Shown piece after piece: positions 11,682-22,190 of a stretch of 64,000 bases of DNA. This DNA comes from Takakia lepidozioides (lineage: Eukaryota > Plantae > Bryophyta): contig CM060734.1 in assembly GCA_030704615.1 (NCBI GenBank), forward strand, positions 41,292,001 to 41,356,000. Reading direction: 5' to 3'. The stretch's first letter is position 1, and every line of letters starts with the position of its first letter. The notes beneath the pieces were generated by a model. The model had not been told where the DNA came from. It made no database searches and was given only the letters and a program-made list of their open reading frames with translations. The translations under genes were made by a program, and so were the position numbers.

Positions 11682-13116
11682 CTAGCTGCTGAAGCCGGTT
11701 GGCCATGCCTTGGTCAACACCCTGACCTCCGCGTCCTTGGCCACGTTGAGCTTGCCCTTGGCACCTCGTGGCTGGCCACCTCGTCCTCTCTGGGCTGCTC
11801 CACCTCGCCCCCGGCCACCATTGTTCCCTTGGAACTGGCCTGGGCGCAACTCAGGATGCAAACCATAACACTGGGCCTCTCCATGCCCGTGCTTGCCACA
11901 ATGCCCACACTGCAACTGTGCAGGCTGTGCATGTGCCGGCCCTTTGCCTCCCTCTGGGACAATCCTTCTTGACATGGGGTCCTCCACATGTCCAGCACAC
12001 CACATCCGCCCGTTGTTGGCCAGCAAATGAAGGGAGAGACCCCTGCATCTGAGGTCCTCTCTGCCCTTCCCTGAGCTTCACCTGAGCCCCCTTGTTGCCT
12101 TGAGCACGTTGAGGTAGTGGTTGGCTAGGAGCACCACTACCCCGTGGTGTCTCCTTAGCAAATCCCACCATGACCACTCGTTCCTCCACCATGTTGAGCT
12201 CTATCCGCTCTGCCAGCAAAAACACATTTGCTAAGGTGGGTTGGGCCGCTTGTAGGAGAGTTGCATCCCGCACCCTTCTCCTCAGCTCCTTGTCCAATAT
12301 CCCATACCAGAATTGGACTGCCTGAGCTTCCGTAACCCCTTGGGTTACATTTATCAAGCGCCTCATGCGAGTGAAAGCCTCCCTCAAGCTCTCGGTCGGC
12401 TTCCGTTGGAACTCTTGCAAGCTCCGCAACTTCTCTGTCCTCACCCCTTGGTAGTTCCCTCTCAACTCTTCGAAGAACTCCACAACAGGGTTGAAGGCAG
12501 GCACGGGTGCTAGTGCTGGTGCGGTAGTGGCTTGGGTGGACGTCGTAGCTACTGTACCACCAGTCCCACTGCTACTTGCTGAAGCTGCCGGGTGCAGCGG
12601 CAGGTGTAGCCACTGCCCTCGTGGCTCTAGTGCCCCTAGTGATGGAGACATAGTCGGGTGACCAGTACATCCTCCACTCCTCGATCTCAACCTCATGCCC
12701 CCGCCTGAACTCATGGTAATCCATAGGCGGCCCCTCAAGGTGCTGAAACAGCCCTTTCCATGCCATGAAAGGCGTAAATAGTTGTGGATTGCGCATTTGC
12801 TGCAAATCACACCAACTATCAAACTCTTGGATAAAATCATCCAACTCAATGGTGCCCACCGCCCCAGAGTACCTTCGTGGCCCCTTGGTAGCTCCATACA
12901 TCTCCTCCATTGTGTCCCACAACAATGGCAAAGAAACAACTTGCACCGCCGGTATGAGCCCTCCTGATTCACAATCCGAATCAGAACCTTCCGTGGAAGA
13001 CACAGGAGGTGAAGGTGGCCTAAACCGCACACCTCGTCTCGTGTACCCACTAGTATCGCTAGTGCTCGAACCGGCACTGTCCCAGCAACTAGTGGCACCT
13101 CCGTGTTGACACTCAA
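11682..13116 (-). CDS. Gag with two zinc knuckles
   Basis: Capsid-like LDDFIQEFDSWC...FQRKPTESLREAFTRM...FWYGI; CCHC knuckles CWTCGGPHVKKDC and CGHCGKHGHGEAQC; RGG-rich segment. Confidence 0.85.
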
Positions 13117-13369
13117 CCGGTCATGAACATGTCCCTAACCCCCTCTCCACAAGGTAACCGGGTAGAGAACCTGTTGCGGCTTATGGTTTGGAATACTAAG
13201 TTCCTAACATAGCCTACACCTGAACTTGCATGACCATGGGAATATCATGAAGATACTCCTCAAACCGCCCTCCACGAGCTTCAAAATTCGGCCTTCCAGA
13301 CCACATGCCAGTCCTTAGTCCACCAGTGCCTCCACGAGTCAGCACAGGCCATCCACAGGTCAACACGGG

Positions 13370-14240
13370 CCACCACAGACCAGCACAGGGGTCACAACAG
13401 TTTTCACAGGGACATTTTTTCATGTTCTGTTTCCTTCACATTCCCACAGGGCCTTCATCACATCACACATTCCTCACATTCACAGCCTTCTCACAGCCCT
13501 CACAGTTCTTTTTTGCCTGTCACAGCAGCCCGTCACAGCCCCCTCTGTTTTTTCACACAGGCCTGCACAGTCAGCACAGCCTGTCTTCCACAGGCAGCCA
13601 GGCCTCACACACATCACAGTAACAGCCTGTCACAGCCCTCACAGCCCACATTGTCACAGCCCTGTCACATCACAGCCCCTCACAGCCTCAAAGGCCTCCT
13701 GTCACAGCCCCTCACAGCCCCACAGCCCCCCTCAGGCACGGCCTGTCACAGCAGCCCCTCACACACAGCACAGCCGTGCCATGGTCACAGCCTTCACAGC
13801 CTGTCATTCTGCCTGTGCCCGTCACAGCCCGGGCACGGCCTGTCACAGCCCCACAGTTGCCTGTCACAGTCACAAAGGCCTCAGGCATCACATCACAGCC
13901 CGTCACGCCCCAAAGGCCACACGGCCCACAGCCCCTCACATCACAGCCCATGTCACACACCCGTCACAGCCCCCCTCACAGTCACAGCCCCTCACATTGC
14001 CTGTCACAACACACAGCCTCTCACACACAGCCCGTCACAGCCCCCACAGGCCTCAGGCACAGGTCACACACAGCCCGTCACAGCCCCAAAGGCCACTGGG
14101 CACAGCCTGTCACAGCCTGACACATCACAGCCCCACAGGGCGCACACAGCAGCCCATCACAGCCTTCAGGCACGGCCTGTCACACAGCCCGTCACAACAC
14201 CACAGCCCGTCACACTTGCCACAGCCTGTCACAGCCCACA
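13370..14240. repeat. Degenerate tandem array of TCACAGCC/(C/T)GTCACA units in the retroelement leader
   Basis: Dozens of cacagccc/cctgtcaca/cccgtcaca units across ~870 bp. Confidence 0.9.
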
Positions 14241-14659
14241 CATGGCCGCTCTGGCAGTTTAGCCATTTCTCCAAGGGGTTTAGCCACGCCAAGCTAGGGT
14301 TTGTGTCTCTTGGACTCTAGGCTTCTTTCCACCGAGCTATGGTGGCTGTGAGGAAATCAGCAAGGTATCCTTGCTCTTTCGGCTCCCACACACCACCATA
14401 GTAGCCCTAAGCCATGAGGTGGTTGCCACAAACCAAGCCTTCTTTCTCACTTAGGCGCCACTAAACTCAATGGCAAACAACCAAGCCCTGCTGGTTCCCA
14501 GCCCTTGTGAGCACTCATTCAAGCACTCCCCTCATTGGCCATAGCATCTGTCTTAGAGCCTATTCCAGCCCTCTACACCTGTTGCTTCAAGAGTTGCGCT
14601 CCCTTCAAGCTTGAAGTTGAAACCCCAACTCACATAGGCCCTACAAGTGCTGTTCTTTC

Positions 14660-15245
14660 ACTCCAAGTGGAAACCAGCCCTAGACCTTCCGTTCTAGCTC
14701 TCTAAGGCTTGAAAACAAGAGCCTCAATGGGCTGAAGGCATGCTCCACACATGCCCCACTCTCACCATAAGAGAATCAGCTCCTTTGCTTCATTTCTTGC
14801 ACCCACAAACCTGATAATACAAGCTTCAGCAGGCTGAAAGCATGCTCTACATGCCCTACAGGGAAACCAGCCCCTTCCTTCCTTTTCTTGCACTCCCACC
14901 TAAAAGTGCAAGCCTTCACCAGGCTGATAGCATGCTCCACACATACATTGCCCTCACATAAGGGAAGTCAGCCCTTCCCTCTTCCTTGCTTGCCCTCCAA
15001 GCTTGAAGATGGAAGCTTCAATGAGCTGAATACATGCTCCACACATGCAACCTCTTCACACAGAGATATCAGCCCCCTATCTTGGCTCCTTGGCTCCTTG
15101 ATGCTCTCTATGACAAGACTAAGCACTCCATAGCCTTTGCCAAGCTCCTGAAACCCTAAGGCTTACATTTCCAGCCACAAGACACTTCTCTTGTGGTGCA
15201 AGAACTCTTCTTCCAAGCTCTGAAACCCTAGGTGCACATTCCATG
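14660..15245. repeat. Dispersed ~90-100 bp-period sub-repeats in the retroelement leader
   Basis: CATGCTC(C/T)ACA x4 (~14740, 14840, 14930, 15033); GAAACCAGCCC x2; CCAAGCTC(C)TGAAACCCTA x2 (~15140, 15212). Confidence 0.7.
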
Positions 15246-17653
15246 GCCTTGCCGCACCTCTTAGCTCCTGTTCCAGCCCTGCTCTTGCCATGACAAGAGC
15301 CCTCTCAATGCTGAAGCTCGAGATTGAAACCCAATCTCACCATACTCCACAAAGTGCACTGATTTGCCCCAAGCAAAATCAGCCCTTTCGCTTGGTCTTG
15401 CAATCCTTCACACAATGAAAGCTCGCATTCCCAAGTCCAGTTCTCAGCTTTGCCACCAAAGCCACTATAACCTGCTCTTGACTGGTCCTCTTCCCAATCG
15501 TGCTTGCTCATGCATGTACACAATCTGGAACCATCAAGGTGCTCTGGAATTACCTGCAGCATGGTGCTTTCATCTGAAGCTGAAGATCGAATGCCAAGGT
15601 CTACCACCTCGTAACCCACATCGCCTCCGCTTCTAACAACAAGAGCTCCACGGTGCTCCTTGCATAACAACTTGGTTTCTCTCATTCTCAAGCAAAAACC
15701 ACAAGTGCTACAACTAACTCGTATCTGGCACTCACAGATACGAGCTGATCTTTCTCGAGTGATAAAGAAGAAGAATACAAGCACAAGCTCATGCGAGCTC
15801 ACAAAGCTGAAGCATAAACTCATGCATATATAACCTCATCACTCAAATACAAGTCAAGCCAAGTGCACCCCACGCCATGGGGAATCCACACTACGGCGCC
15901 ATAGCTAGGCGCGGTGAGGCTCAACTCGAGAAAGATGAGCCTCCCGCGCTTGCCGTGAAGATAACCACTCCAGGGCCTAAATCTGCCTTGACCCCCTGGA
16001 TTGACACTTGGCCAATCCCAAATGTCAATATGTAAAAGATAGCTATTTCCTAGCTAGTTTCACACTAGTGGTAAAATAACTTGACAAGGACCGTAACAGC
16101 ATTGATACCTAGACAGAAAATTCTAAAATCGATATCCAACGACTTGAGGAAGCATAAAATCAAAGAACTCGTGAAACAAAAAATGGCAACAGACATGCAA
16201 TGAAACGTCAACATTCACTCGCACACCCATAAACCCATATTGCGTCTCACTCTTCCAATGGAGATCCTTCCTGTTGAAGGGTCCTGGTTTTGCTGTTTGC
16301 AAACATTGTCGAAGAGGCCGTATAAGCGGGCTTTCCGTGATCAGTATATCATCGGGTTTTGCTTCCACGTCCATGCCCTATACAGTACAAAGGACACGCT
16401 TCTGAACATGCAAGAAACGCGCCGCAGTACAAGACACAATCGACAACGTGCCATGAGAACAGTGCGCACGCTCGGGGCTGCTGGCAAGTGGCAGGCGGCA
16501 GGGATGCAAGTTTGAATTGCAGCCCTAAAAATGGAGGGTTCGGATGGGTTATGGGAATGGACGGTGGCGATCATGTGCCGTCAGCGGACTGGATGGCAGG
16601 GACTGGCCAGCGGAGTGGCGGGCAGGACTGCTGGGCAGCACTGGCGGGCAGACTGGCGGACTGGCAGACTGCTGGGCAGCGGACTGGCAGACTGGAGGGC
16701 AGCGGACTCGTGGGCGGGGGACTGGCCGCGCGGCGGACGGGGGCGCGGGTGCGGTTGCTGCAGCCGCGCCCGCGGCTGGGCGACCGTGCGCAGCGGCGGG
16801 CGGGGCGCTGGGAGCCGGGCATCCGTGCGCGGGGCCCACCGGCCACATTGCACTTGCCCATTGAAGACCCTATTATCTTAAAATGAGAGGCGACTCAAAT
16901 ACCCAATCCTTCAATGAACAAGAGTTGTTTTTGGGCTGCTTCCTCTCTTTCTTGTTACATGCTTTCCTTTGTTCCATAAGGTCTTTCAGCTCTCGGCGGA
17001 AGTTACATCAATTCAAATGTTTCGCTTAGAACTTTCTTACTGTGTGCAGTTGTTTCCCCATCAAATCATTTGAGGAATCACATTTGTCATTTTTCTTCCA
17101 TGCATTCTCATCAGCTGCAGCACCATTGGGTGCAACTTTACATTCATGATTAAAAGCTGCTGCGCCTTGCTTGTCACCTCTCTATCGTTTCGGCACTTTC
17201 AGCTACTTCGGCCGTTGTTCTTCGTTCTTTCATAACTGGAGTAGTCTGTCACAGGAAGGTGATTATGCAGACTCCGTGACTTTGAAATTGGGACGTGTAC
17301 TCTGTCCCAAACATGACCGAATTTATGAAGCAAGTGGAACTTTTAATGAGTTTCAACTGTATTCTCAAAATTAACATATGTTACACTTGAAGATGCGTAG
17401 AATTAGGAAACTTTGTGCGCCCAAGAAAGATCAGGACGGAGACCTCACTGTTGCGAAGCAAAATATGACTTCAGCACGAAGTCCACTTATCTGGCCCATC
17501 ACTGATTCGAGTTCTTGACTAAGTATTGCCTTTGAAAGCAGTCACAAACATGGGCAATACAAACAGTCACTGTGTACAGAACTTCCATCCTCGGGAGAGA
17601 GTCTGCATAATATGATCAACTTCCTTGCTACCCAACAGAAGTAGAAATTGAGC

Positions 17654-19581
17654 TCATGCCATGAAGCCTGACACAGCTTCTGCTGATTTTTCGAGCGTAT
17701 CGATACTCCTCTCCAGGCGGGCTCGCTTCTGTGCGAGATGCGAGTCTTCTTGCATCAGCTCCTGCATTTTGACACTCTCGCCGGACCATATCCTGGCCAT
17801 CATCTCGTCATGGATATCTTGGACAATAGCTTTCTCCAAAGCATACCGTATCTCCAGAGGAATTTCATCAGCAAGGCGCTTTTGAACTACTTTCCAATAA
17901 GCAGCCAAGCTTGCTTTCATCCTCCACGCACCACAATACTCACGGTTCTCACAGTCTTCCTCCAACTTCAGAATTTCTCCGTTGTCGATTTCGACTTCTC
18001 CATTGTAGTATCCACTTGTGTTGGCAGTTTCCAAAGCTGAATACATCCTGTTCAAAGTGTCCATGTAGTAATGGTTTGTGGTGAACACAATTGATTTCTC
18101 TTTCTTCAGCATCCTCTCAACAAAATCAAGTGACCTCTTCTTGGTTTGCTCCAAAATGAGAAGAGTAGACCGCTTGAAGTAGGATCCCATCTGGGGATAT
18201 CCTTCACTGCATGTCTTGTCCACAGTTTGCACCACATCAGCTGCATATGCATGTGTATCGTACACCAACTGCTTACAGCATGCAGTGATGTTATCGACCT
18301 GCCTCCCAACAAGTAGGTGCAGGACAGGGTGGGATAAGAAATCCGGAAGACCCACACCTTTGTACTCCGACAGAAGGTGGCTTATTTCTTTTGTGCGCTC
18401 TGTAGCCATCAAACCTGACCCTGACTTTTGAAGATCATCGGCAAACGTCTGAAACTTTTCATGCATCCGAGCAGTGTAATGCATCTCATTCGCATCAGGA
18501 AAGCTTTCGAAATGTCCTTCACGTACCAGTTCGGCCAATATTTTGGTCCGCGAATTCTGCATTTGGGCAAACACCAGTCCTGCCTCCGCGACATCTTTCA
18601 TCCCTCGAGGTAAACTCTCGTACTCTTGACGACGACGGTAGAGTGCATCGTTGATCTGTTTGATTATTTTGGGTAGGAGTCAGCCGCTTTGCCAGCATTG
18701 GAATACCGACCATATCCTTGCTCAGTCTGGAGAGAACTGGGTGATTATCAGATTTTGCTCTCTCACACGAGCCTCCTCATGGGACTCATTGTCATCAGTC
18801 CGATTTCGAACACATCCCAAACCAATGTGCACCGCATCTGTGGTGACTTTCTCATACAGACCTTCTGGTGCTCGGTCCACTTTTGTCACAACCGCGAGGG
18901 TGCGTCTCCCTTCTTTGTCCGCCTGCTGTGACATTCGAATCGACTCGCAAGTGGGGAAGTCGACGGTTGCTGAGAGGACATTCAAAATTATGGTCTCAGT
19001 GGGGGAGATGAACTTCTGTATCATGGCTGAAATTTGCTCGTAGATGTCGTCAGGCTGCCCATGGACCGGAACTCTTGTGATTCCAGGCAGATCGATCAGG
19101 GTTAAGTCTGGAGCGTTGGGTTTTTGTACGTACAACGATATGGGTGCATCACGGACATCCTTTCTCGTCCCTGCAAGCGTATCGGTCGCGGCATTGATGG
19201 CCTCTTCAATCAATTCCTCACAGGGAATCTCCTTTTTCACATCTCCGTACTGAATATTGATATATGCTTCGCTATCGGATTTGCAGTTCTGAAGCCTGAG
19301 AATGAGAGGCACACGCGTTGCGATTCCTTGACCTCTGGGCAAGCTAATACCGGCCAGTGACTCCAGAACACTTGATTTCCCACTGGATTGATCGCCCACA
19401 ACAACGATCGTGGGCAGTTGGATACCTTCCTCCATCACCCCGAAGTTGCGAAGCTGGTCGATCAAGTCGAGCATTGGTCGGACCTGTTGATTGAAACTTG
19501 TTTCAAGTGCAGAATGTGCAGGATTCCCCACTACAATCTGCCCTTTAACTTATTATCTGAGGTAGAGTCGCACTCTATCAT
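17654..19581 (-). pseudogene. Dynamin-related protein, Mx-like/DRP4 class, intronless; probably pseudogenised
   Basis: G1 GDQSSGKSS, G2 ATRVP, G3 DLPG, G4 TKVD, middle domain and GED (YWKVVQKRLADEIP). Lesions: frameshift near the 5' end (~19545), GLG-CVRNR lacking the usual YV, and frameshifting multi-base deletions at ~18750 and ~18678. Confidence 0.8.
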
Positions 19582-19857
19582 GAATAACGTCTTCATGGTT
19601 GAAGCAACTTAGTTCGATGTTCTGCTTGAGAACGAGGTAGTCCTCCCCGCGCTTGCCCCAGGTTAGATCTACGCTCTCTGCATCTAGATAGCGCTTAAGA
19701 ACAGCTTGCCACCAAATAGCGCAGATTACACACTAACCGACAAACTTAAAAGAGAAATGACTACTATAACATAAGTATACTAGATACCTCTTCTCCCAAC
19801 AGTAGAAGGCACTGGAATGACTTGGTGCTCGGCCCTCCAGCTCTTCTTATATTTCCT

Positions 19858-21120
19858 GTGTGGAGGTCCGATTCACTTCCTGGATGTCGTTCAATATCCG
19901 GAATATCAAAGGACAAATGCTAGGTGGCCGTTACATGTCATGTCCTACTTCGGGTCCTAACTAGTTCGAGTTAAAATTTAGTCTGATCAGCTCTGATGAT
20001 CATCTAGCTTTATATGATAAACAGAATGCTGGGAGCTAGATACTAATTCTTTTCGAGCTCAAAGATTAAATCGGAACTAACAACGTCCAAAACTTGTTGA
20101 TGCGAGAATCGACACGTATGTACAACAATCTCAACCGCCAACAATCTCATAGTGGGTAAATTGCTTGGACAAAACTCTTCTTAACTCTTTCTTTTCATCT
20201 TAAATATGAGGGCCACCTTGCAAGATATAACATTTGGGGAGCCCTGACGTGGAGCCAGTCTCACTGGTATTTGGTCGACATATGGCCATCAGGAGCATGG
20301 AAGTAATAACCAGGGCCTCTGTCCCTGTTCTTTTTTAAAAACAAATCTCAGCCCTTTGACTGCCCTTTTGATTTACACTACATATGTACTTTCGAGCTCT
20401 GAAGAACCTGCAAAGGTTCCCAAATGCATACCATTTTCTGCAGCTTTTTCAAAGCTTCTCAGGGCAAGTTTCTTGGAGTCTCTGGAAATATGCGAGGCTG
20501 ACTAGCCGTGTTGCCAAAAGAAGCTGGTTTACCTTCGCCACGGTGCGGAAAGCTGATGCAGATGATCGCCGGATGCGATGAGAGCGGGTAATGTATGAGA
20601 ATGTATGAGAATGTATCGGTAAATAGTATGAGAATGTGTCGGGAAGTTTGAAGTGTAGCACGGCAATGTTCACATGAGGATAACAGGGATGCTCGGGTCT
20701 GCCATGGGTGTTTTGATTTATTAGAATTTATCGTGTGTTAAGTTGGTGAACGAGCGGTGATCCATGAAGAACTAGTGCACGGCAGGGAGTGGTACGAGTA
20801 GAGCTCGCAGTAGAGGGAGAGACGGTGTGTTGGGGGCAGTTTAAAGCTTGGGTGTGTTCATGCATGTACCTCTCCTCGCAAGGAGTTGAATGACTAAAAG
20901 GAGTGCTTCTGATACTTGTGTGGAAGTCCGATTCACTTCCTCGAAGTTGAATCGTCCGGAATATCATCTAGGTGGTTGTTACATGTCGTCTCCTGGAAGT
21001 TAATTCCTCATATAGTTTTCTATTCGTGATAAATATCCTTGGACGCTAGATAGTTGGTAATTTTTTCGAGAAGGACTTCAACACTAGACCTTGCTGAACG
21101 TGCGAGAATCGACAGTTATG
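19858..21120. repeat. Diverged direct duplication of a ~200-260 bp segment upstream of the DRP gene (19858-20120 and 20918-21120)
   Basis: gtgtggaggtccgattcacttcct vs gtgtggaagtccgattcacttcct; tccggaatatca; ctaggtgg..gttacatgtc; tgcgagaatcgaca, all colinear in both copies. Confidence 0.75.
20395..20562 (-). pseudogene. Relic duplicate of the aldo-keto reductase last exon and 3' UTR
   Basis: Colinear with 22085-22255; encodes a degraded ...HQLSA...TSFFWQHG* versus RQLSA...TSFYWQHG*. Confidence 0.65.
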
Positions 21121-22190
21121 GATTTCGCCATCCAAAAGAAGCAGATTCCCTTAGTACGTGAATGGTGAGGAGATGAGCTCCAGTGTTTTGTTTTTCATAT
21201 TTCCAAAATCGCTGGCGGGGCCACCTGTGAATTCTACGCAGTGCCCATGTGGCGAGAATATCGAGGTGGCAGAGTTAGAAAAGTGGCTATATTCCAGGTG
21301 TCACGGTTTAACTGGTCCACGTCGGCATGATTAGGCCTTTTATTTGCTGCTGCTTTTTGGCGAAAAAGTCAGATTTTACCCCCCATAATTCCTTTGTACA
21401 GGTAGCTGACGTAGTTTCCAGGTCGAATTTTGGCGAAGGATCTCCAAGTATCAATCCTCTGATCCTACTAAGCCCCAAACTGAGCTCAAACTGAGCGGCT
21501 GTGCATTTCCTCGCAGTTCTGATACGTTTGGTAGCTGTCTCTTGAAAGTCCGCCTCATATTGTAAACTTCGAATTGCAAGTTACTACAAAGTTAATTTGA
21601 AGGTTTCACTCCCTGTATGGAACTACCATTTCTAAGGAGGATTAAATTGACTGGAGATCGCAAACTCGGGAGATTTTTCAAGAGCAGGATGAGAAGCTAT
21701 GTTCCAGCTACAAAATGAAGAGTTGGAGTGCCAATGTTGGTTTGCCTCTTTCTTCCATACAGTGTGACTGGCAGTGCAACCAAAGGAAAGATTGGGCAGC
21801 AAGGGCAGAAAAAGAGAAAATTAAAGTAAGGATGAAAGAAACGTTAATATTATGCTGCAGCCAGAGTGCTTCAGCAGTAATGCGTATGAACATCCTGCTC
21901 ATTGGTATTCCATCACTCCCAGCCCTTTGATCAACACAAAACTCTAGAACCCTTGGCTGTCACTGAGCCTACCACTGACATATGTACCTGTCTGTGTGAC
22001 ACGTCAGAGCTTTGAAGGACCACCTCAAATGTCTGAAAAAATCAGTGGAAACTAAGTGGGAAAACTCCAGAGGAGAGACCATCTACATTCTGAAGCGCCT
22101 ACAAACTCAAATACATCTAGAACTTTCTGCAGCTTTTGCAGGAAAAAACTTCTGCCAAGTTTCTTGCAGTTTCCAAATATGGGAGGCTGA

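Larger units (their letters stand above)
5575..16064 (-). mobile_element. Ty3/Gypsy-type (non-chromovirus) retrotransposon with DNMT3-like methyltransferase and C-terminal PHD finger
   Basis: Minus-strand domain order gag-PR-DNMT-RT-RH-INT-PHD (the PR-RT-RH-INT order defines Gypsy). 5' terminus TGTGAAAC at 16064. PPT-like TAGGGGGGCGAT ends at 5576. Flanks share CACAC (5570-5574 and 16061-16065). Confidence 0.9.
1..16859 (-). mobile_element. Mutator-like (MULE) DNA transposon carrying a SWIM-type transposase and a ULP1-like protease, interrupted by a Gypsy retroelement; left end outside the window
   Basis: Transposase exons at 2515-5416 plus a putative first exon at ~16222-16374. Convergent C48 protease at <1849. 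GACTG-type degenerate repeats on both sides of the Gypsy insert (2160-2345, 3790-4240, 16580-16725). A GC-rich tract ends abruptly at ...CACATTGCACTTGCCC (16859), a candidate TIR end (GGGCAAGTG... on the minus strand); the partner TIR is not in the window. Confidence 0.7.

Noticed and set aside
13370-14240. CRISPR-like array
   Set aside because: Units are 8-12 bp and degenerate, there are no unique spacers or cas genes, and the context is eukaryotic.
13513-14320. Long plus-strand ORFs (249, 179, 114 aa) rich in S/Q/P/H/T
   Set aside because: Products of the TCACAGCC array; open in several frames with no domain.
16359-16886. Overlapping GC-rich ORFs on both strands
   Set aside because: Stop-poor subterminal repeat/TIR region of the MULE.
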